From an uncultured Tateyamaria sp. (lineage in GTDB: Bacteria > Pseudomonadota > Alphaproteobacteria > Rhodobacterales > Rhodobacteraceae): DNA of 64,000 nucleotides. Both the position numbers and the translations under genes were made by a program. The stretch covers positions 10,562 to 74,561 of the forward strand of contig NZ_CANNDS010000006.1 of the NCBI RefSeq assembly GCF_947503415.1. The letters are read 5' to 3'. Positions 1 to 12,631 of the stretch are shown here, one piece after another (positions within the stretch are counted from its first letter, which is position 1; each line of letters opens with the position of its first letter). The notes beneath the pieces are model-generated. The model was not told the origin of the DNA and searched no databases. It saw only the letters and a list, made by a program, of their open reading frames with translations.

Positions 1-831
1 GACGCGCAGATCGTCAAAGGGCGGTTGGGCATTGTTGGTGGACAGGATCGTCTCGCCCTCGGTCGAGCCGACGAGTACTTGAAAGCGTGGGTCCGCTTCG
101 AATTGCGGCAGGTTTTCCGGGGCGGGGAAGCCCGAGAATACGTCCACATCCTCGGCCATCACGGCAGCAAAGGCGGCAGTGGGGTCAGAGATGAATTTGA
201 ATGTCGCTTGCGTCAAAGCGGGCGCGTCGCCCCAGTAGCCATCATATTGGCTGATCTGAATGCTGTCGCCTTGGGTCCAGCTGTCGAATTTGAACGGGCC
301 AGTACCGATGGGCTGCTGCTTGATGTTCTCTATGCTCTCAGGGGCAACGATCACCGCATCGCCCCAGGCGAGGTTGAAGAGCAGGTTGCCGTTTGGCTCG
401 CTCAGCGTCATGCGCACGGTCTGGGGGTCCACAACTTCGACGCCGCTGATCGCGGCATAGAGCGCTTTTTGTGCATTGGCGCTGTCTTCGGCCAGAATGC
501 GATCAAAGGTGAACTTCACGTCTTCGGCGTCCATGGACGTGCCGTCGTGGAAGGTCACACCGTCGCGCAGGGTGAACGTGTAGGTCAGCCCGTCATCCGA
601 AATTTCCCAGCTTGCTGCCAGCCCGGGCACAACCGATCCATCGCCCATGAAGCGCGTCAGACCCTCGAACACATTGGAATAAAGCACCGAGTCAATGGCG
701 CCTGCCGCGGCCGAGGTTGGATCAAGATGCGGCGGTTCCAGCTGCAAGGCGACGGTGATGTCCGTCTTGGCCCACAGGCCTGTGGTGCTGAGCGCGAGTA
801 CGGCGCTGGTCATCGTCAGTCGGTTGAACAT
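1..831 (-). CDS. ABC transporter substrate-binding protein, family 5 (peptide/nickel type); C-terminal part lies outside the window
   Basis: My own minus-strand translation from the ATG at 831-829: [40 protein letters not shown]...[18 protein letters not shown]...PIGTGPFKF. It has a signal peptide and SBP family-5-like blocks, GGAG a few nt upstream, and is open to base 1. It is absent from the supplied ORF track because it is edge-truncated. Confidence 0.8.
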   Translation of the reverse strand, partial: MFNRLTMTSAVLALSTTGLWAKTDITVALQLEPPHLDPTSAAAGAIDSVLYSNVFEGLTRFMGDGSVVPGLAASWEISDDGLTYTFTLRDGVTFHDGTSMDAEDVKFTFDRILAEDSANAQKALYAAISGVEVVDPQTVRMTLSEPNGNLLFNLAWGDAVIVAPESIENIKQQPIGTGPFKFDSWTQGDSIQISQYDGYWGDAPALTQATFKFISDPTAAFAAVMAEDVDVFSGFPAPENLPQFEADPRFQVLVGSTEGETILSTNNAQPPFDDLRV

Positions 832-974
832 GGTCGTCTCCCCATCGGTGCGGTTTGTCACAGCTTTCCCGCAAACGTGACGTCGCGCAAGGGTGGCTTC
901 GCTTTTGTCTGGTAGCGCAGTGGGCGCTTGCTTGTTATGCCTCGCCGCGAAACGATCAGCGAAAGGCTACGCCC

Positions 975-1808
975 ATGAGCGCCACCGCCCGCAAATCCGC
1001 CCCGTTGCCCGATGATATCCGGGCCATGAAAGGCGGGACACCCATTGTCAGCCTCACCGCCTATACGACGCCCATGGCGCAGATGATGGACCGGCATTGC
1101 GACTTTGTTCTGGTGGGTGACAGCGTGGGCATGGTGCTGCATGGGCTGCCGTCGACCTTGGGCGTGACCATGGACATGATGATCATGCACGGGCGGGCCG
1201 TGGCGCGGGGACTGTCGAAGGCCATGATGGTGATCGACATGCCTTTCGGGTCTTACGAAGAAGGCCCCGAACAGGCGTTCCGCAACGCGGCCCGGCTGAT
1301 GGCCAAGACAGGTGCCGGGGCAGTAAAGCTGGAAGGTGGTGTGAGCATGTCCGACACTATCGCATTCCTCGTGGCGCGGGGCATTCCGGTCATGGCGCAT
1401 GTCGGCCTGACACCGCAATCCATCAACACGCTTGGGGGCTACAAGGTGCAGGGCCGGGGCGAGGCTGCGTCGAACCTGATCGCGGACGCGAAGGCAGTGG
1501 CGTCAGCGGGGGCCTTTGCCATTGTGCTTGAGAAGGTGCCCGAGACCCTCGCCAATGACATCACGCAATCCATTCGCATTCCGACCATCGGGATCGGGGC
1601 CTCGGCTGGTTGCGATGGTCAGATATTGGTCGTCGATGACATGTTGGGCCTGTTCACGGCGTTCAAGGCGAAGTTCGTGAAACGCTATGCCGAACTGGGC
1701 GCGGATGGCGAAGCCGCTATTGCAGCCTATGCCGAAGATGTCCGCGCGCGCCGGTTCCCGGGGCCGGAGCATGTGTTTGGCGACGAAGCCCCCGAGGCCC
1801 AAACATGA
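975..1808 (+). CDS. panB: 3-methyl-2-oxobutanoate hydroxymethyltransferase
   Basis: Internal ATG of ORF 855..1808 ([12 protein letters not shown]...). It shows the typical PanB blocks [22 protein letters not shown] and KLEGG. Its stop overlaps the panC start (ATGA). Confidence 0.92.
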   Translation: MSATARKSAPLPDDIRAMKGGTPIVSLTAYTTPMAQMMDRHCDFVLVGDSVGMVLHGLPSTLGVTMDMMIMHGRAVARGLSKAMMVIDMPFGSYEEGPEQAFRNAARLMAKTGAGAVKLEGGVSMSDTIAFLVARGIPVMAHVGLTPQSINTLGGYKVQGRGEAASNLIADAKAVASAGAFAIVLEKVPETLANDITQSIRIPTIGIGASAGCDGQILVVDDMLGLFTAFKAKFVKRYAELGADGEAAIAAYAEDVRARRFPGPEHVFGDEAPEAQT

Positions 1809-2659
1809 CCGCACCGATTGTGCGAAACCTGGCTGACCTGCGCGAGATGACCCGGGTCTGGCAGCGGGCGGGTGAAACGATTGGCGTCGTGCCAACGATG
1901 GGCGCGCTGCATGACGGACATCTGAGCCTTGTCGCGCGGGCCAAGGAGATGAGCGCGCGTGTCATCGTGACCATTTTTGTAAACCCCAAGCAGTTCAACA
2001 ACCCCGAGGATCTGGAGAACTATCCCCGCACAGAGCATGAGGATGCACGCAAACTGGAACGGTTTGATGTCGATGCGATCTATGTCCCTGATGGGCCGCA
2101 GATGTACCCGGATGGCTTTGCCACGAATATCAGTGTGGCGGGTCTTACAGACGTCCTGTGCGGGGCGCACCGGGCCGGACACTTTGACGGCGTGGCAACC
2201 GTGGTGACCAAACTGTTCACCCAGACGTCGGCCGATCTGGCGTTCTTTGGCGAGAAGGATTTTCAGCAATTGCAGGTGGTGCGGCGTCTGGCGCGCGACC
2301 TGGATCTGGGCGTTGAGGTCGTCGGCTGTCCGACGATCCGTGAAATTGACGGTTTGGCTATGTCCTCGCGCAACCTGCTGCTGTCTGATCAGGCGCGCAG
2401 CCGGGCGGCGGCACTGAATGAGGTTATGGAAGAGATGGCCGAGGCTTTGGGGCAGGGGGCAACGATTGGTGACCTGTTGCCCGAGGCAAAGACCCGCCTG
2501 ACAGCGGCAGGGTTCAGCGACATTGATTATCTGGAAATGCGGACAAATGACACGCTGACGCAGGTGGAAAAAGCAACAAAACCCGCCCGCCTGTTTGCCG
2601 CCGCCTATATGGCGGGGGTGCGTCTGATCGACAACATCGACGTGCCGCTAGCGCGGTAG
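1805..2659 (+). CDS. panC: pantoate--beta-alanine ligase
   Basis: ORF 284 aa with [14 protein letters not shown] (HIGH-like motif) and FGEKDFQQ. It is coupled to panB. Confidence 0.92.
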   Translation: MTAPIVRNLADLREMTRVWQRAGETIGVVPTMGALHDGHLSLVARAKEMSARVIVTIFVNPKQFNNPEDLENYPRTEHEDARKLERFDVDAIYVPDGPQMYPDGFATNISVAGLTDVLCGAHRAGHFDGVATVVTKLFTQTSADLAFFGEKDFQQLQVVRRLARDLDLGVEVVGCPTIREIDGLAMSSRNLLLSDQARSRAAALNEVMEEMAEALGQGATIGDLLPEAKTRLTAAGFSDIDYLEMRTNDTLTQVEKATKPARLFAAAYMAGVRLIDNIDVPLAR

Positions 2660-3919
2660 CAGCAGGGTTTCCAGCGCCTTGCCCATCACCTTGGCGCTGT
2701 CGAGCATATCGGTGATGCCCACCCATTCGTCGGGCTTGTGCGCCAGTTCCAATTCACCGGGACCATAGGCAATGCAATTGCGCAGCTTGCCGATACGGTC
2801 GATGTGCTTCTGATCATATGAGCCGGGGGAGGCGACATAGGTCGGCTCCACCCCCAACACGCTTTCAATGGCGGCGTGCACGGTTTCCACAACGGGCGCC
2901 GATCTGTCCGTCATCGACGGCAGCACCACATTCAACTCCCGCATTTCGTATTCAAACCGGTCGCGGGAGGCTTTGAGCCCTTCGAGCAGCTCAACCACTT
3001 CGCCGCGCACCTGCTCCACATTCTCTTCCACGAGAAACCGCCGGTCGATCACGATGCGGCAGCTGTCAGGCACGCAATGGGCGGGCAACCCATCGTAACC
3101 CTCGGCCTGTTCCGGCTGACCGCCGTGGATGGAGTTAATATTCATGGTGGATTGTCGCGCGCCGTCGGGCACCACGGGCATATCCGTATACCGCTTGGAC
3201 ATGGCCGGGTAGAGGTCGCTTTCGAACTTGTCCAGAACCGCCCCCATATGGCGCACGGCGCAATCGCCCAAGAAGGGCATGGAGCCGTGGGCAATCTCAC
3301 CCTTCGTTTCGATCTCTGCCCACCAGCCGCCACGATGGCCAAGGCAAATGCGATCCTTGTTCAGGGGTTCGGGGATGATGACATGCTGGACGCGGTCCGG
3401 GTCAAAGAACCCCTGTTCCGCAAGGTAGGCCACACCGCCATACCCGCCTGACTCTTCATCTGCGGTGGCGCTGATCTCGATCGCGCCCATGAAGTCGGGG
3501 TGTTCTTCGATAAAGGCTTCGGCGGCGATGATTGACGCGGCCAGGCCCCCCTTCATGTCGCAGGCGCCGCGACCATAAACCTTGTCGTCTTCCACGTCGG
3601 CCCCGAACGGATCGCGGGTCCAGCCGTGGCCCACTTCGACCACATCGTGGTGGCTGTTGAAATGCACGCACTCGCCCGGGGATTTCCCCTCGCGCCGCGC
3701 CACGACGTTCCAGCGCGGGTAGGTGTCGCTGTCGCCCGGTGTGCCATGGGCGCGGACCATCTGGACGTCGAAGCCGTGCGCCTTCAGCCGGTCACCGACC
3801 AAAGCGCAGACATCATGATAGTGCCGCCCCGGCGGGTTCAGCGTCGGAATACGGATGAGGTTCTGGGTCAGCGCGATCAGCGCGTCGCGGTGGCCGTCAA
3901 TGCAGGATCCAAGTGTCAT
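2648..3919 (-). CDS. M20 family metallo-hydrolase (ArgE/DapE/ACY1-like deacylase)
   Basis: ORF 2648..4060 trimmed to Met48 (MTLGSCIDGHRDALIALTQNLIRIPTLNPPG). It carries M20 motifs HFNSHHDVV and GRGACDMKGG. Confidence 0.8.
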   Translation of the reverse strand: MTLGSCIDGHRDALIALTQNLIRIPTLNPPGRHYHDVCALVGDRLKAHGFDVQMVRAHGTPGDSDTYPRWNVVARREGKSPGECVHFNSHHDVVEVGHGWTRDPFGADVEDDKVYGRGACDMKGGLAASIIAAEAFIEEHPDFMGAIEISATADEESGGYGGVAYLAEQGFFDPDRVQHVIIPEPLNKDRICLGHRGGWWAEIETKGEIAHGSMPFLGDCAVRHMGAVLDKFESDLYPAMSKRYTDMPVVPDGARQSTMNINSIHGGQPEQAEGYDGLPAHCVPDSCRIVIDRRFLVEENVEQVRGEVVELLEGLKASRDRFEYEMRELNVVLPSMTDRSAPVVETVHAAIESVLGVEPTYVASPGSYDQKHIDRIGKLRNCIAYGPGELELAHKPDEWVGITDMLDSAKVMGKALETLLLPR

Positions 3920-4010
3920 GTGCGCAGTGTTGGCCCCTGCGCGTCCATTGGCAAGGGACGGCCTGCGTGATCCCGACCCTTCGGGAATGATTTTTTGAGC
4001 CAAAGAAGGT

Positions 4011-4886
4011 CTAGAGCTTACCAAGTGGGACCTTGAGCGCCATGTCGCCCGCATCATCACGGGGGATTTCGCCTGCGCGCATGTTCACCTGCAAGGCCGG
4101 TATGATCAGGCTGGGCATGGCAAGTTGCTTGTCGCGTTCGGTGCGGAATTTGATGAAATCCTCGCGCGTTTTGTCACCGCCAACGTGGATATTGTTCGCC
4201 CTCTCTTCGGCCACGGTGGTTTCCCATGCAATGGCCCGACCACCGGGGCCATAATCGTGGCAGATAAACAGGCGCATATCGTCGGGCAGGGACAGCACGC
4301 GCATGATGCTGTCATAAAGTTCGCCCGCATCACCGCCCGGAAAATCAGCGCGGGCCGACCCGCCATCGGGCATGAACAACGTATCGCCGACAAAGGCGGC
4401 ATCACCCATTACATGCACCATGCAAGCCGGCGTGTGGCCGGGTGTGTGCATGGCAAAGCAGGTCATCCCGCCCACGTCGTAGGCATCCCCATCTTCGAAC
4501 AACGCATCGAACTGCGAGCCATCGCGCTGAAATTCTGTCCCCTCGTTGAACACTTTGCCGAAGGTGTCCTGAACTTCCGTGATTTTGGCCCCGATACCGA
4601 TCTTGCCGCCCAAAGCCTGCTGGATGTAAGGCGCGCCGGACAGATGATCGGCGTGGACATGGGTTTCGATGATCCAGTCCAGACGCAGGTCATGCGCACG
4701 GATGTGGGCGATCATCTTGTCAGCCCCGTCGAAGTTCAGCGCCCCAGCGGCATAGTCGATGTCCATCACGGCGTCGATCACGGCACAGGCCGGTCCATCC
4801 GGTTCCTGCACGACATAGGATATCGTGTTGGACCGTTCATCAAAGAATGGCGTGACGGCGGGATGGCAATTCATATCCGGGGTCAT
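4011..4886 (-). CDS. MBL-fold hydrolase, persulfide-dioxygenase-like
   Basis: It has the HVHADH metal motif. It is translationally coupled to the upstream rhodanese gene by a 4-nt overlap. Confidence 0.78.
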   Translation of the reverse strand: MTPDMNCHPAVTPFFDERSNTISYVVQEPDGPACAVIDAVMDIDYAAGALNFDGADKMIAHIRAHDLRLDWIIETHVHADHLSGAPYIQQALGGKIGIGAKITEVQDTFGKVFNEGTEFQRDGSQFDALFEDGDAYDVGGMTCFAMHTPGHTPACMVHVMGDAAFVGDTLFMPDGGSARADFPGGDAGELYDSIMRVLSLPDDMRLFICHDYGPGGRAIAWETTVAEERANNIHVGGDKTREDFIKFRTERDKQLAMPSLIIPALQVNMRAGEIPRDDAGDMALKVPLGKL

Positions 4887-5281
4887 GTCTTGTCCTCCTT
4901 CTCGACCGGGCCGCCCTGCGCTTCCCAGGTTGAAAACCCTTCACGCAGGTGGGCCGCATCAAATCCCATATCCTGCAATGTGGCTACGGTCAGGGCCGAC
5001 CGCCAGCCCGAGGCACAGTGAAACAGAAAGGTCTTGTCAGGCTGCCCAAACACTTCCTTGTAATAGGGACTGTCGGGATCGACCCAAAATTCGATCATAC
5101 CGCGCGGGGCATGTACCGATCCGGGGATGTAGCCGCTGCGCTGCCGTTCGCGGACATCGCGAACGTCCACAATGACGACATCAGGATTCTCTACCATCTT
5201 GATTGCATCAGCCGTTTCGACTTCGCGAATGCGGGCGCGGGCATCAGCGACCATCTGGGCCGCAGTGGTTGTCAGTGCCAT
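4883..5281 (-). CDS. rhodanese-domain sulfurtransferase
   Basis: 132 aa with the active-site loop FHCASGWRSA (CxxxxR). Confidence 0.8.
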   Translation of the reverse strand: MALTTTAAQMVADARARIREVETADAIKMVENPDVVIVDVRDVRERQRSGYIPGSVHAPRGMIEFWVDPDSPYYKEVFGQPDKTFLFHCASGWRSALTVATLQDMGFDAAHLREGFSTWEAQGGPVEKEDKT

Positions 5282-5606
5282 TGGTGTTTCCTTCCCTTTG
5301 GCAGAGTGTGCCAGCGGGTTTGGTTCACGACAAGACAGTGAATGTCATGCAGCCGAAACCATATGCGCACCCGGGTTCAAATATGGCCCACCCGGCGGTC
5401 CACGCCGTTTTCCGCCGGGGTATGGAGTTCCTGACTTGGTGGATTTGCAACTGCAGCATACTTTGTACGTACCAAGACAAGGACATCGCGGTATTTTCCG
5501 CGGTCCTGATATTTGAACGACCCATTTCAAGACTCTCGGGCCCGTTTTTGGGGCTCTGATTATACGCATTTTGACATCAAAATTTGTTTTCTCGCAGGAG
5601 ATTAAA

Positions 5607-6662
5607 ATGGAACGTCACGTTCACATGGCGCGGTTTGCCACCGCGCTGCCCATCCTTTTATTGCTTACCCAACGGGCCAGCGGACACGAAGCGTGGTTGC
5701 TGACGCCAACTGAAATAGAGGACCTGTCCAGCGCCGCAATTCCATCGCTGTTTCGCAGCCAAATATGGCTGGGGCTCGCTGCCGCGATTGCATTTGCGGT
5801 GACCCTCGTCGCACTGCGGCTTGAGCCATTTATCGCAATCGCCGAGAAACGGTTTATTGCACCTTTCTGGAAGAAGTACGGCGACATCGGTCCGCTTGTC
5901 CTTCGCCTTGGGTTGGCGACAATGCTGCTGCTTGGCGCGTCTGGTGGCTTGCCCCGCCACGGGACATCTGCATGGTCCGTATCCACGTTCCTTGTCCCCG
6001 ATATGCAATTGGTCAATGTCACGGGTGCCGACACGCTGATCGTCGTGCAATTTGCACTTGGTGTGTTGCTTGTTGCTGGCCTGTTCACCCGCGCCTGCGG
6101 CATTGCCCTCGTGGCACTTTCATTGGTTGGGCCAGTGATCTTCGGACCTGTGTTCTGGTCCTACAGCCCACATTTCGCAGCGCCGGGTCTTATCCTGATC
6201 GCATTGGGCGCCGGCCGCTTTTCCTGTGATGCTGTTTTCAATCTCGATTCCGCGGACCGGCTTGTGGCCCCTTATCGTCAAATCCTGTGGCGCATGTCGC
6301 ATATCCTGATCGGTGCCGGGTTGATCTATCTGGGGCTGGCGTTCAAGCTGATGCAACCGACCCTGCTGATCGCGATCCTTGAACATGGGGACATGCCGAC
6401 ATTCGGTGTTCCGATGCCGATCATCGCCTTGGTCATGACCGGGGTGGAGATCCTGTGCGGGGCGCTTTTGATCGCCGGACGTCTGGTGCGCCCTGTCGCG
6501 CTTGCGATCCTCGGTGCCATCACATTTCTGGCCATTGTTCTCGGAGAGACACCGCTGTTTCACGCCAATCTGTACGGTGCGCTGTTCTGCATTGTCCTTG
6601 CGGGTCGCTGCATTCCGATCGCGCACGGGGTCACGCGGTTCCAGTCGGTGAGGGCGGTCTGA
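5607..6662 (+). CDS. polytopic membrane protein (possibly DoxX-like)
   Basis: ORF 5571..6662 trimmed to the ATG preceded by AGGAG. It contains many hydrophobic helices. The family assignment is tentative. Confidence 0.5.
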   Translation: MERHVHMARFATALPILLLLTQRASGHEAWLLTPTEIEDLSSAAIPSLFRSQIWLGLAAAIAFAVTLVALRLEPFIAIAEKRFIAPFWKKYGDIGPLVLRLGLATMLLLGASGGLPRHGTSAWSVSTFLVPDMQLVNVTGADTLIVVQFALGVLLVAGLFTRACGIALVALSLVGPVIFGPVFWSYSPHFAAPGLILIALGAGRFSCDAVFNLDSADRLVAPYRQILWRMSHILIGAGLIYLGLAFKLMQPTLLIAILEHGDMPTFGVPMPIIALVMTGVEILCGALLIAGRLVRPVALAILGAITFLAIVLGETPLFHANLYGALFCIVLAGRCIPIAHGVTRFQSVRAV

Positions 6663-7123
6663 TGTTACGCAACCTACTGTCCAGAACAAGCATCGTTCCA
6701 TGTTTCATAGCGCTCTTGCTCGGAACTCTCGTGGTCGCTGCACCCATCGTCAACGCAAAGGGAAGACCGCCACGCACGGTCTTCCTTATCCTGCCAGACG
6801 CCGTCACGCCGCCCACCGTCAACGTGCAGGCCGAAGCCATCGGGGGTGGCCACTACCACCTCTACCTCGAGACAGAGGCGTTCATGTTCACCGAGGTCTG
6901 TGTTGCCGAGGCGGAGGCTGTGCCCATCGGTCATGCGCATATCCACGTGAATGGAAAGAAAGTGGCGTCTGCGTTTTTCCCGGTCATCAACATTGGCCCA
7001 CTGGACGCCGGCACGCATGTCATTGACGTTGTGTTGCGCGGGCAGGATCATCGGCCAATTGTCGGACGCGATGGCCTCGCGCAGGGGCTTGTTCACATCA
7101 CGGTGCCGGTTGGGCCTGCATGA
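6662..7123 (+). CDS. secreted/membrane-anchored hypothetical protein
   Basis: Internal ATG of ORF 6455..7123, overlapping the upstream stop as TGATG. It has an N-terminal hydrophobic signal (MLRNLLSRTSIVPCFIALLLGTLVVAAP) and His-rich segments. Confidence 0.5.
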   Translation: MLRNLLSRTSIVPCFIALLLGTLVVAAPIVNAKGRPPRTVFLILPDAVTPPTVNVQAEAIGGGHYHLYLETEAFMFTEVCVAEAEAVPIGHAHIHVNGKKVASAFFPVINIGPLDAGTHVIDVVLRGQDHRPIVGRDGLAQGLVHITVPVGPA

Positions 7124-7132
7124 AAAACGCTA

Positions 7133-7161
7133 CTGGCGAGTAGTCATCATACGCTCGCCAG
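7133..7161. terminator. hairpin at a convergent gene junction
   Basis: CTGGCGAG-N13-CTCGCCAG lies between the end of the + gene (7123) and the end of glpK (7211). Confidence 0.4.
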
Positions 7162-7210
7162 TACATCAAAGTTTTCTGTATAATCATCGTTATGTGAAGT
7201 AAGCCTACAC

Positions 7211-8679
<1,469 letters not shown>

Positions 8680-8683
<4 letters not shown>

Positions 8684-10215
8684 GCGGCGTTTTCCTTCAT
8701 CCAGTCGTCCACGGCGGTCCGCTCATCTTCGCTCAGGCGCAAACCCAGTTTGGTCCGCCGCCACAGCGCATCATCCCCGGCCACCGCATATTCGCGGGCC
8801 ATCATCCATTTCAGTTCTGCGCCCGTCAATGTGGCCCCAAAGTCCGGGCCAAGGTCATCTGGGGACTTCGCATCGCCCAGCACATCCCACGCCTCCGTGC
8901 CGTACGCCCGGATCAGGCGGCCAGCCCATTTCTGGTCCAGAAATGGATAGTCCCCAGCCAGTTTCGCTGTCAGCGACCCAACCTCAGACACTTTGAAATC
9001 CCCACCGGGCAAGGGTACGCCTGCCGTCCACTTCTCACCCAATCCCATCTTGGCCAGCGCCTGTTCGGCCAGCTTGCGATAGGTGGTGATCTTGCCGCCA
9101 AAGACGCTCAGCACCGGCGGTCCGTTCTCGTCCAGCGCCAGTACGTAGTCGCGTGTCGCGGCCGTCGCCGAGGACGCCCCGTCGTCATAAAGCGGGCGCA
9201 CCCCGGAATAGGTCCAGACCACATCGGCGGGCGTCACCGGCTTTTCGAAATACTCCGTTGCGAAGGCGCACAGATAGTCACGCTCTTCATCGGTGATGGC
9301 GGGCTTGGTGTCGGCGTCGGTATGCTCTGCATCTGTCGTACCGATCAGGGTAAAGTCCTGTTCATACGGAATGGCGAAGATGATCCGCCCGTCCGTGCCT
9401 TGGAAGAAGTAGCACTTGTCGTGGTCATAAAGCCGCTTGGTCACGATGTGCGAGCCGCGCACCAACCGGATATTGTGCTGCGTGTTCTGGCGCATCACGC
9501 CGGTCAGGATGTCTGCGACCCAAGGGCCACCGGCGTTAACCAACGCCTTGGCGCGAAACGTTCCCTTCTCGGTCTCGATCCGCCAGACGTCACCGTCGCG
9601 CGTCGCCTCTTTCACCGCGCAGCGGGTCAGGATCGTCGCGCCACGTTGTTCCGCATCCCGCGCGTTCAGCATGACTAGCCGCGAATCCTCGACCCAGGCG
9701 TCACTATATTCATAGGCCATCTTGAACCGGTCCTTGAGCGGCTTGCCCTCGGGCGCCGTCCTCAGGTCCAGCGTCTTGGTGCCGGGCAAGATCTCGCGTC
9801 CGCCCAGATTGTCGTACAGAAACAGACCCAAGCGTACGAGCCACGCTGGCCGCCGTCCCTTTTCGATCCACGGCATCGTCACCCGTAGCAACCGCGAGGT
9901 CGGCGTGTCACTGTCAAACCGCATGTCGGGGGCATACGGCAGGACAAAGCGCATGGGCCAGCTGATGTGCGGCATCGCCTTCAGCAGCACCTCGCGTTCC
10001 TTCAGCGCGGATTTCACCAGCCCGAACTCAAAGAATTCCAGATAGCGCAGCCCGCCATGAAACAGCTTGGTCGACGCGGAAGAGGTTGCCCCACCCAGAT
10101 CCCCCGCCTCGGCCAGCGCCACGCTCAGGCCCCGGCCCGACGCATCACGGGCAATTCCGGCCCCGTTGATACCGCCGCCAATCACAAACAGATCATAGAT
10201 TTTGTCGTCTGCCAT
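8680..10215 (-). CDS. glpD: glycerol-3-phosphate dehydrogenase (FAD)
   Basis: 511 aa with [18 protein letters not shown] (FAD fold) and HGGLRYLE. It is coupled to glpK. Confidence 0.92.
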
Positions 10216-10283
10216 GCCCGTGTCCTCCGGATGGATACCGGGGCAGTCATAAGACCATCGCAGGACGGCATCAATCGTTAGCG

Positions 10284-10913
10284 TTAACGATGCGGCGTGA
10301 TGTCCTTGAGACCAAGCAGCACGGCCGCCCCGATCATAAGGCCCCCGCAGACCCGGTTGATCGCCGCCATCGACCGTTGCGCAAAGCGGGCGGCGACCCG
10401 ATCACCGGCCCAGCCCCAGAGCAGCAGGGTGGTGCCATCGACGATCAAGTAGGTCGCCCCAAGGATCAGCAATTGCGGCAGGATCGGCGCGTCAATCGCG
10501 ATGAACTGCGGAAACAGGGCAGCAAAGAACACCACGGCAAATGGGTTGGTCATCGACGTGACTAAGCCCAGCCGAAACAGGCGCGCCGGATGGGCGGCGG
10601 CGTCAGCTTGGCCCCTGCGCGCGCCGCCCTTTGACAGGATCATGCACAGCCCGATCCAGATCAGATAAGCAACGCCCAGCCATTTGATCAGGTCAAAGGC
10701 CGCCGCCGACGTCGCAATAACCGCCGCCAACCCAAAGGCGGCCGCCGTCATCTGGATCACATTGGCGCTCAGGTCGCCCGCAATCACCCACATGCTACGC
10801 CGCAGCCCGTGCTTCATGGAATTGGCGATGATCAAAAGCTGGCTGGTGTCCGGTGGCGTCGCAAAGAACACGGCCACGGCTGCCAGATACAGAAGGTACG
10901 TCTCGGCGCTCAC
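10284..10913 (-). CDS. LysE/RhtB family amino-acid exporter
   Basis: 209 aa, six-TM pattern, with the typical LysE N-terminus (YLLYLAAVAVFFATPPD). Confidence 0.85.
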   Translation of the reverse strand: MSAETYLLYLAAVAVFFATPPDTSQLLIIANSMKHGLRRSMWVIAGDLSANVIQMTAAAFGLAAVIATSAAAFDLIKWLGVAYLIWIGLCMILSKGGARRGQADAAAHPARLFRLGLVTSMTNPFAVVFFAALFPQFIAIDAPILPQLLILGATYLIVDGTTLLLWGWAGDRVAARFAQRSMAAINRVCGGLMIGAAVLLGLKDITPHR

Positions 10914-11452
10914 ACCCGCGCGGCCTGCGCCAGATCAGCGCCAAAGATCGTGTCGGCATGATCGGCCAGATAGATGCGCAACCACGGGGTGAAGCGGTCA
11001 GGGTGACGGCGCACCGTGGCCATCAAATCGTGATAGTCGACCCAGGCATAGGCCATCACCTCATCCGGGTTGGGCGTAAAATTCAACTCACCGCGCACGC
11101 GCCCCAGATAGACTTCGACCACTTCGTGTTCGATCAACCCATCACCCACATCGGCCCGGTATTCCAGGTGATGCCGGTGATCGAGCGGCACGCCGGTGAT
11201 CCCAAGCTCCTCGTTCAGGCGACGCGCGGCACAGACCGACGGCGCCTCATCCCATTCGGGATGCGTGCAGCAGGTGTTCGCCCACAGGCCCGGCGTGTGA
11301 TACTTGCCCATCGCCCGTTGCTGCAGCAGCACCTCTGTGCCGCGAATGACGAACACCGACACAGCCTTGTGCTTCAGCCCGCGCTGATGCGCTTCCAGTT
11401 TTTCAACCGGGGTCAACACGCCGTCGACCCAAGCCGGGATCATGATCGTCAT
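10910..11452 (-). CDS. idi: isopentenyl-diphosphate delta-isomerase, type 1
   Basis: 180 aa with the Nudix-like motifs WANTCCTHP and EHEV. It sits in the usual PGC position next to bchP. Confidence 0.9.
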   Translation of the reverse strand: MTIMIPAWVDGVLTPVEKLEAHQRGLKHKAVSVFVIRGTEVLLQQRAMGKYHTPGLWANTCCTHPEWDEAPSVCAARRLNEELGITGVPLDHRHHLEYRADVGDGLIEHEVVEVYLGRVRGELNFTPNPDEVMAYAWVDYHDLMATVRRHPDRFTPWLRIYLADHADTIFGADLAQAARV

Positions 11453-12627
11453 ACGTGGTTCGCTTTCACCAATCCTGTGAGGTGGGCCATGTTCTTGATG
11501 CCGATCTTGATGTGCGCCATCGGCCGCGCCTTGACCAGCTTCTTGTTCATATACGCCTCAAAGGTCAGACGCTGCACATCTATGTCGTGACAAAGTGACA
11601 CAAACCGTTCGCGTCGGTCGTCACTGCGGTAGTATGCGTTCTGCATCGACGCCAGCACTCGAAACACCGTCTTGTGCTCGCGCATAAACAGCTTGCGGGC
11701 CAGCTTCAGGTCCTTCGCTCGGCCCGATGCCAACGTCGCGGCACATGCGGTTGCTGCCACACGGCCCCCGACCATCGCATAGTAGATGCCCTCACCCGAG
11801 GACGGTGCCACAACACCCGCCGCATCTCCGGCCAACACCACGTCCTTGCCATTGTCCCAGCGGTCCATCGGCTTCAGCGGAATGGGCGCGCCTTCCTTGC
11901 GCAGGGTTTCACAGTTTTCCAGACCCGACGCGGTACGCAACGCAGCCGTTGCCGCCTTCAGATCAACAGACGACTGTTCCGACCCCATTCCAACGCTTGT
12001 TGTGCCGCCATGCGGAAACACCCAACCGTAGAAATCAGGCGAAATCGCCCCGTCATAGATCACATCACAGCGCATCGGATCATAGGTTTCCGTCGCCTCG
12101 GGCGCCTTGATGATCTCGTGATAGGCAAAGACCAGCGGCACCTTGTCGGCACCCTCAACCTCAGCTTGCCCCACGCGTGACTTGGCACCGTCAGCACCAA
12201 TCACCAGCTTGCAGGGCAGTTCCATCGTCTCTTGCGTGGCCTTGTCGCGGTAGATCACCACCGGGTGTCCATCCGTCCGTTCGATCCGCACAAACGTGCC
12301 GGTAAAGTATTCAGCCCCGGCATCGACGGCGCGCTGACGCAGGAACGGATCAAAATCCTTGCGGTCTACCATGCCGACATATCCGTTCTCGATCGGGATA
12401 TCGACGCGGCGGCCCGTGGGGGAAATCATGCGGGCGGTTGTGACCTTGGTCAGCAACTGCTCTTCCCCGATGTGGAAATCCTGCATCAGGCGCGGTGGAA
12501 TGGCCCCGCCGCAGGGTTTGATCCGCCCTTCGCGGTCGAGCAAGGCAACGGAGTGACCCGAGCGCACCAGATCTTCGGCTGCGGTGGCACCGGACGGTCC
12601 CCCGCCCACAACAACGACATCATACAT
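11449..12627 (-). CDS. bchP: geranylgeranyl-bacteriochlorophyllide reductase
   Basis: ORF 11449..12660 trimmed to MYDVVVVGGGPSGA (FAD motif). Synteny is bchP-pucC-bchG. Confidence 0.92.
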   Translation of the reverse strand: MYDVVVVGGGPSGATAAEDLVRSGHSVALLDREGRIKPCGGAIPPRLMQDFHIGEEQLLTKVTTARMISPTGRRVDIPIENGYVGMVDRKDFDPFLRQRAVDAGAEYFTGTFVRIERTDGHPVVIYRDKATQETMELPCKLVIGADGAKSRVGQAEVEGADKVPLVFAYHEIIKAPEATETYDPMRCDVIYDGAISPDFYGWVFPHGGTTSVGMGSEQSSVDLKAATAALRTASGLENCETLRKEGAPIPLKPMDRWDNGKDVVLAGDAAGVVAPSSGEGIYYAMVGGRVAATACAATLASGRAKDLKLARKLFMREHKTVFRVLASMQNAYYRSDDRRERFVSLCHDIDVQRLTFEAYMNKKLVKARPMAHIKIGIKNMAHLTGLVKANHV

Positions 12628-12631
12628 CAGA

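Noticed and set aside
25-915. 296-aa plus-strand ORF at the left edge
   Set aside because: It is the antisense shadow of a clearly recognisable minus-strand ABC substrate-binding protein gene (1..831). Its composition is Arg/Gly/Ala-rich, as is typical of wrong-frame ORFs in GC-rich DNA.
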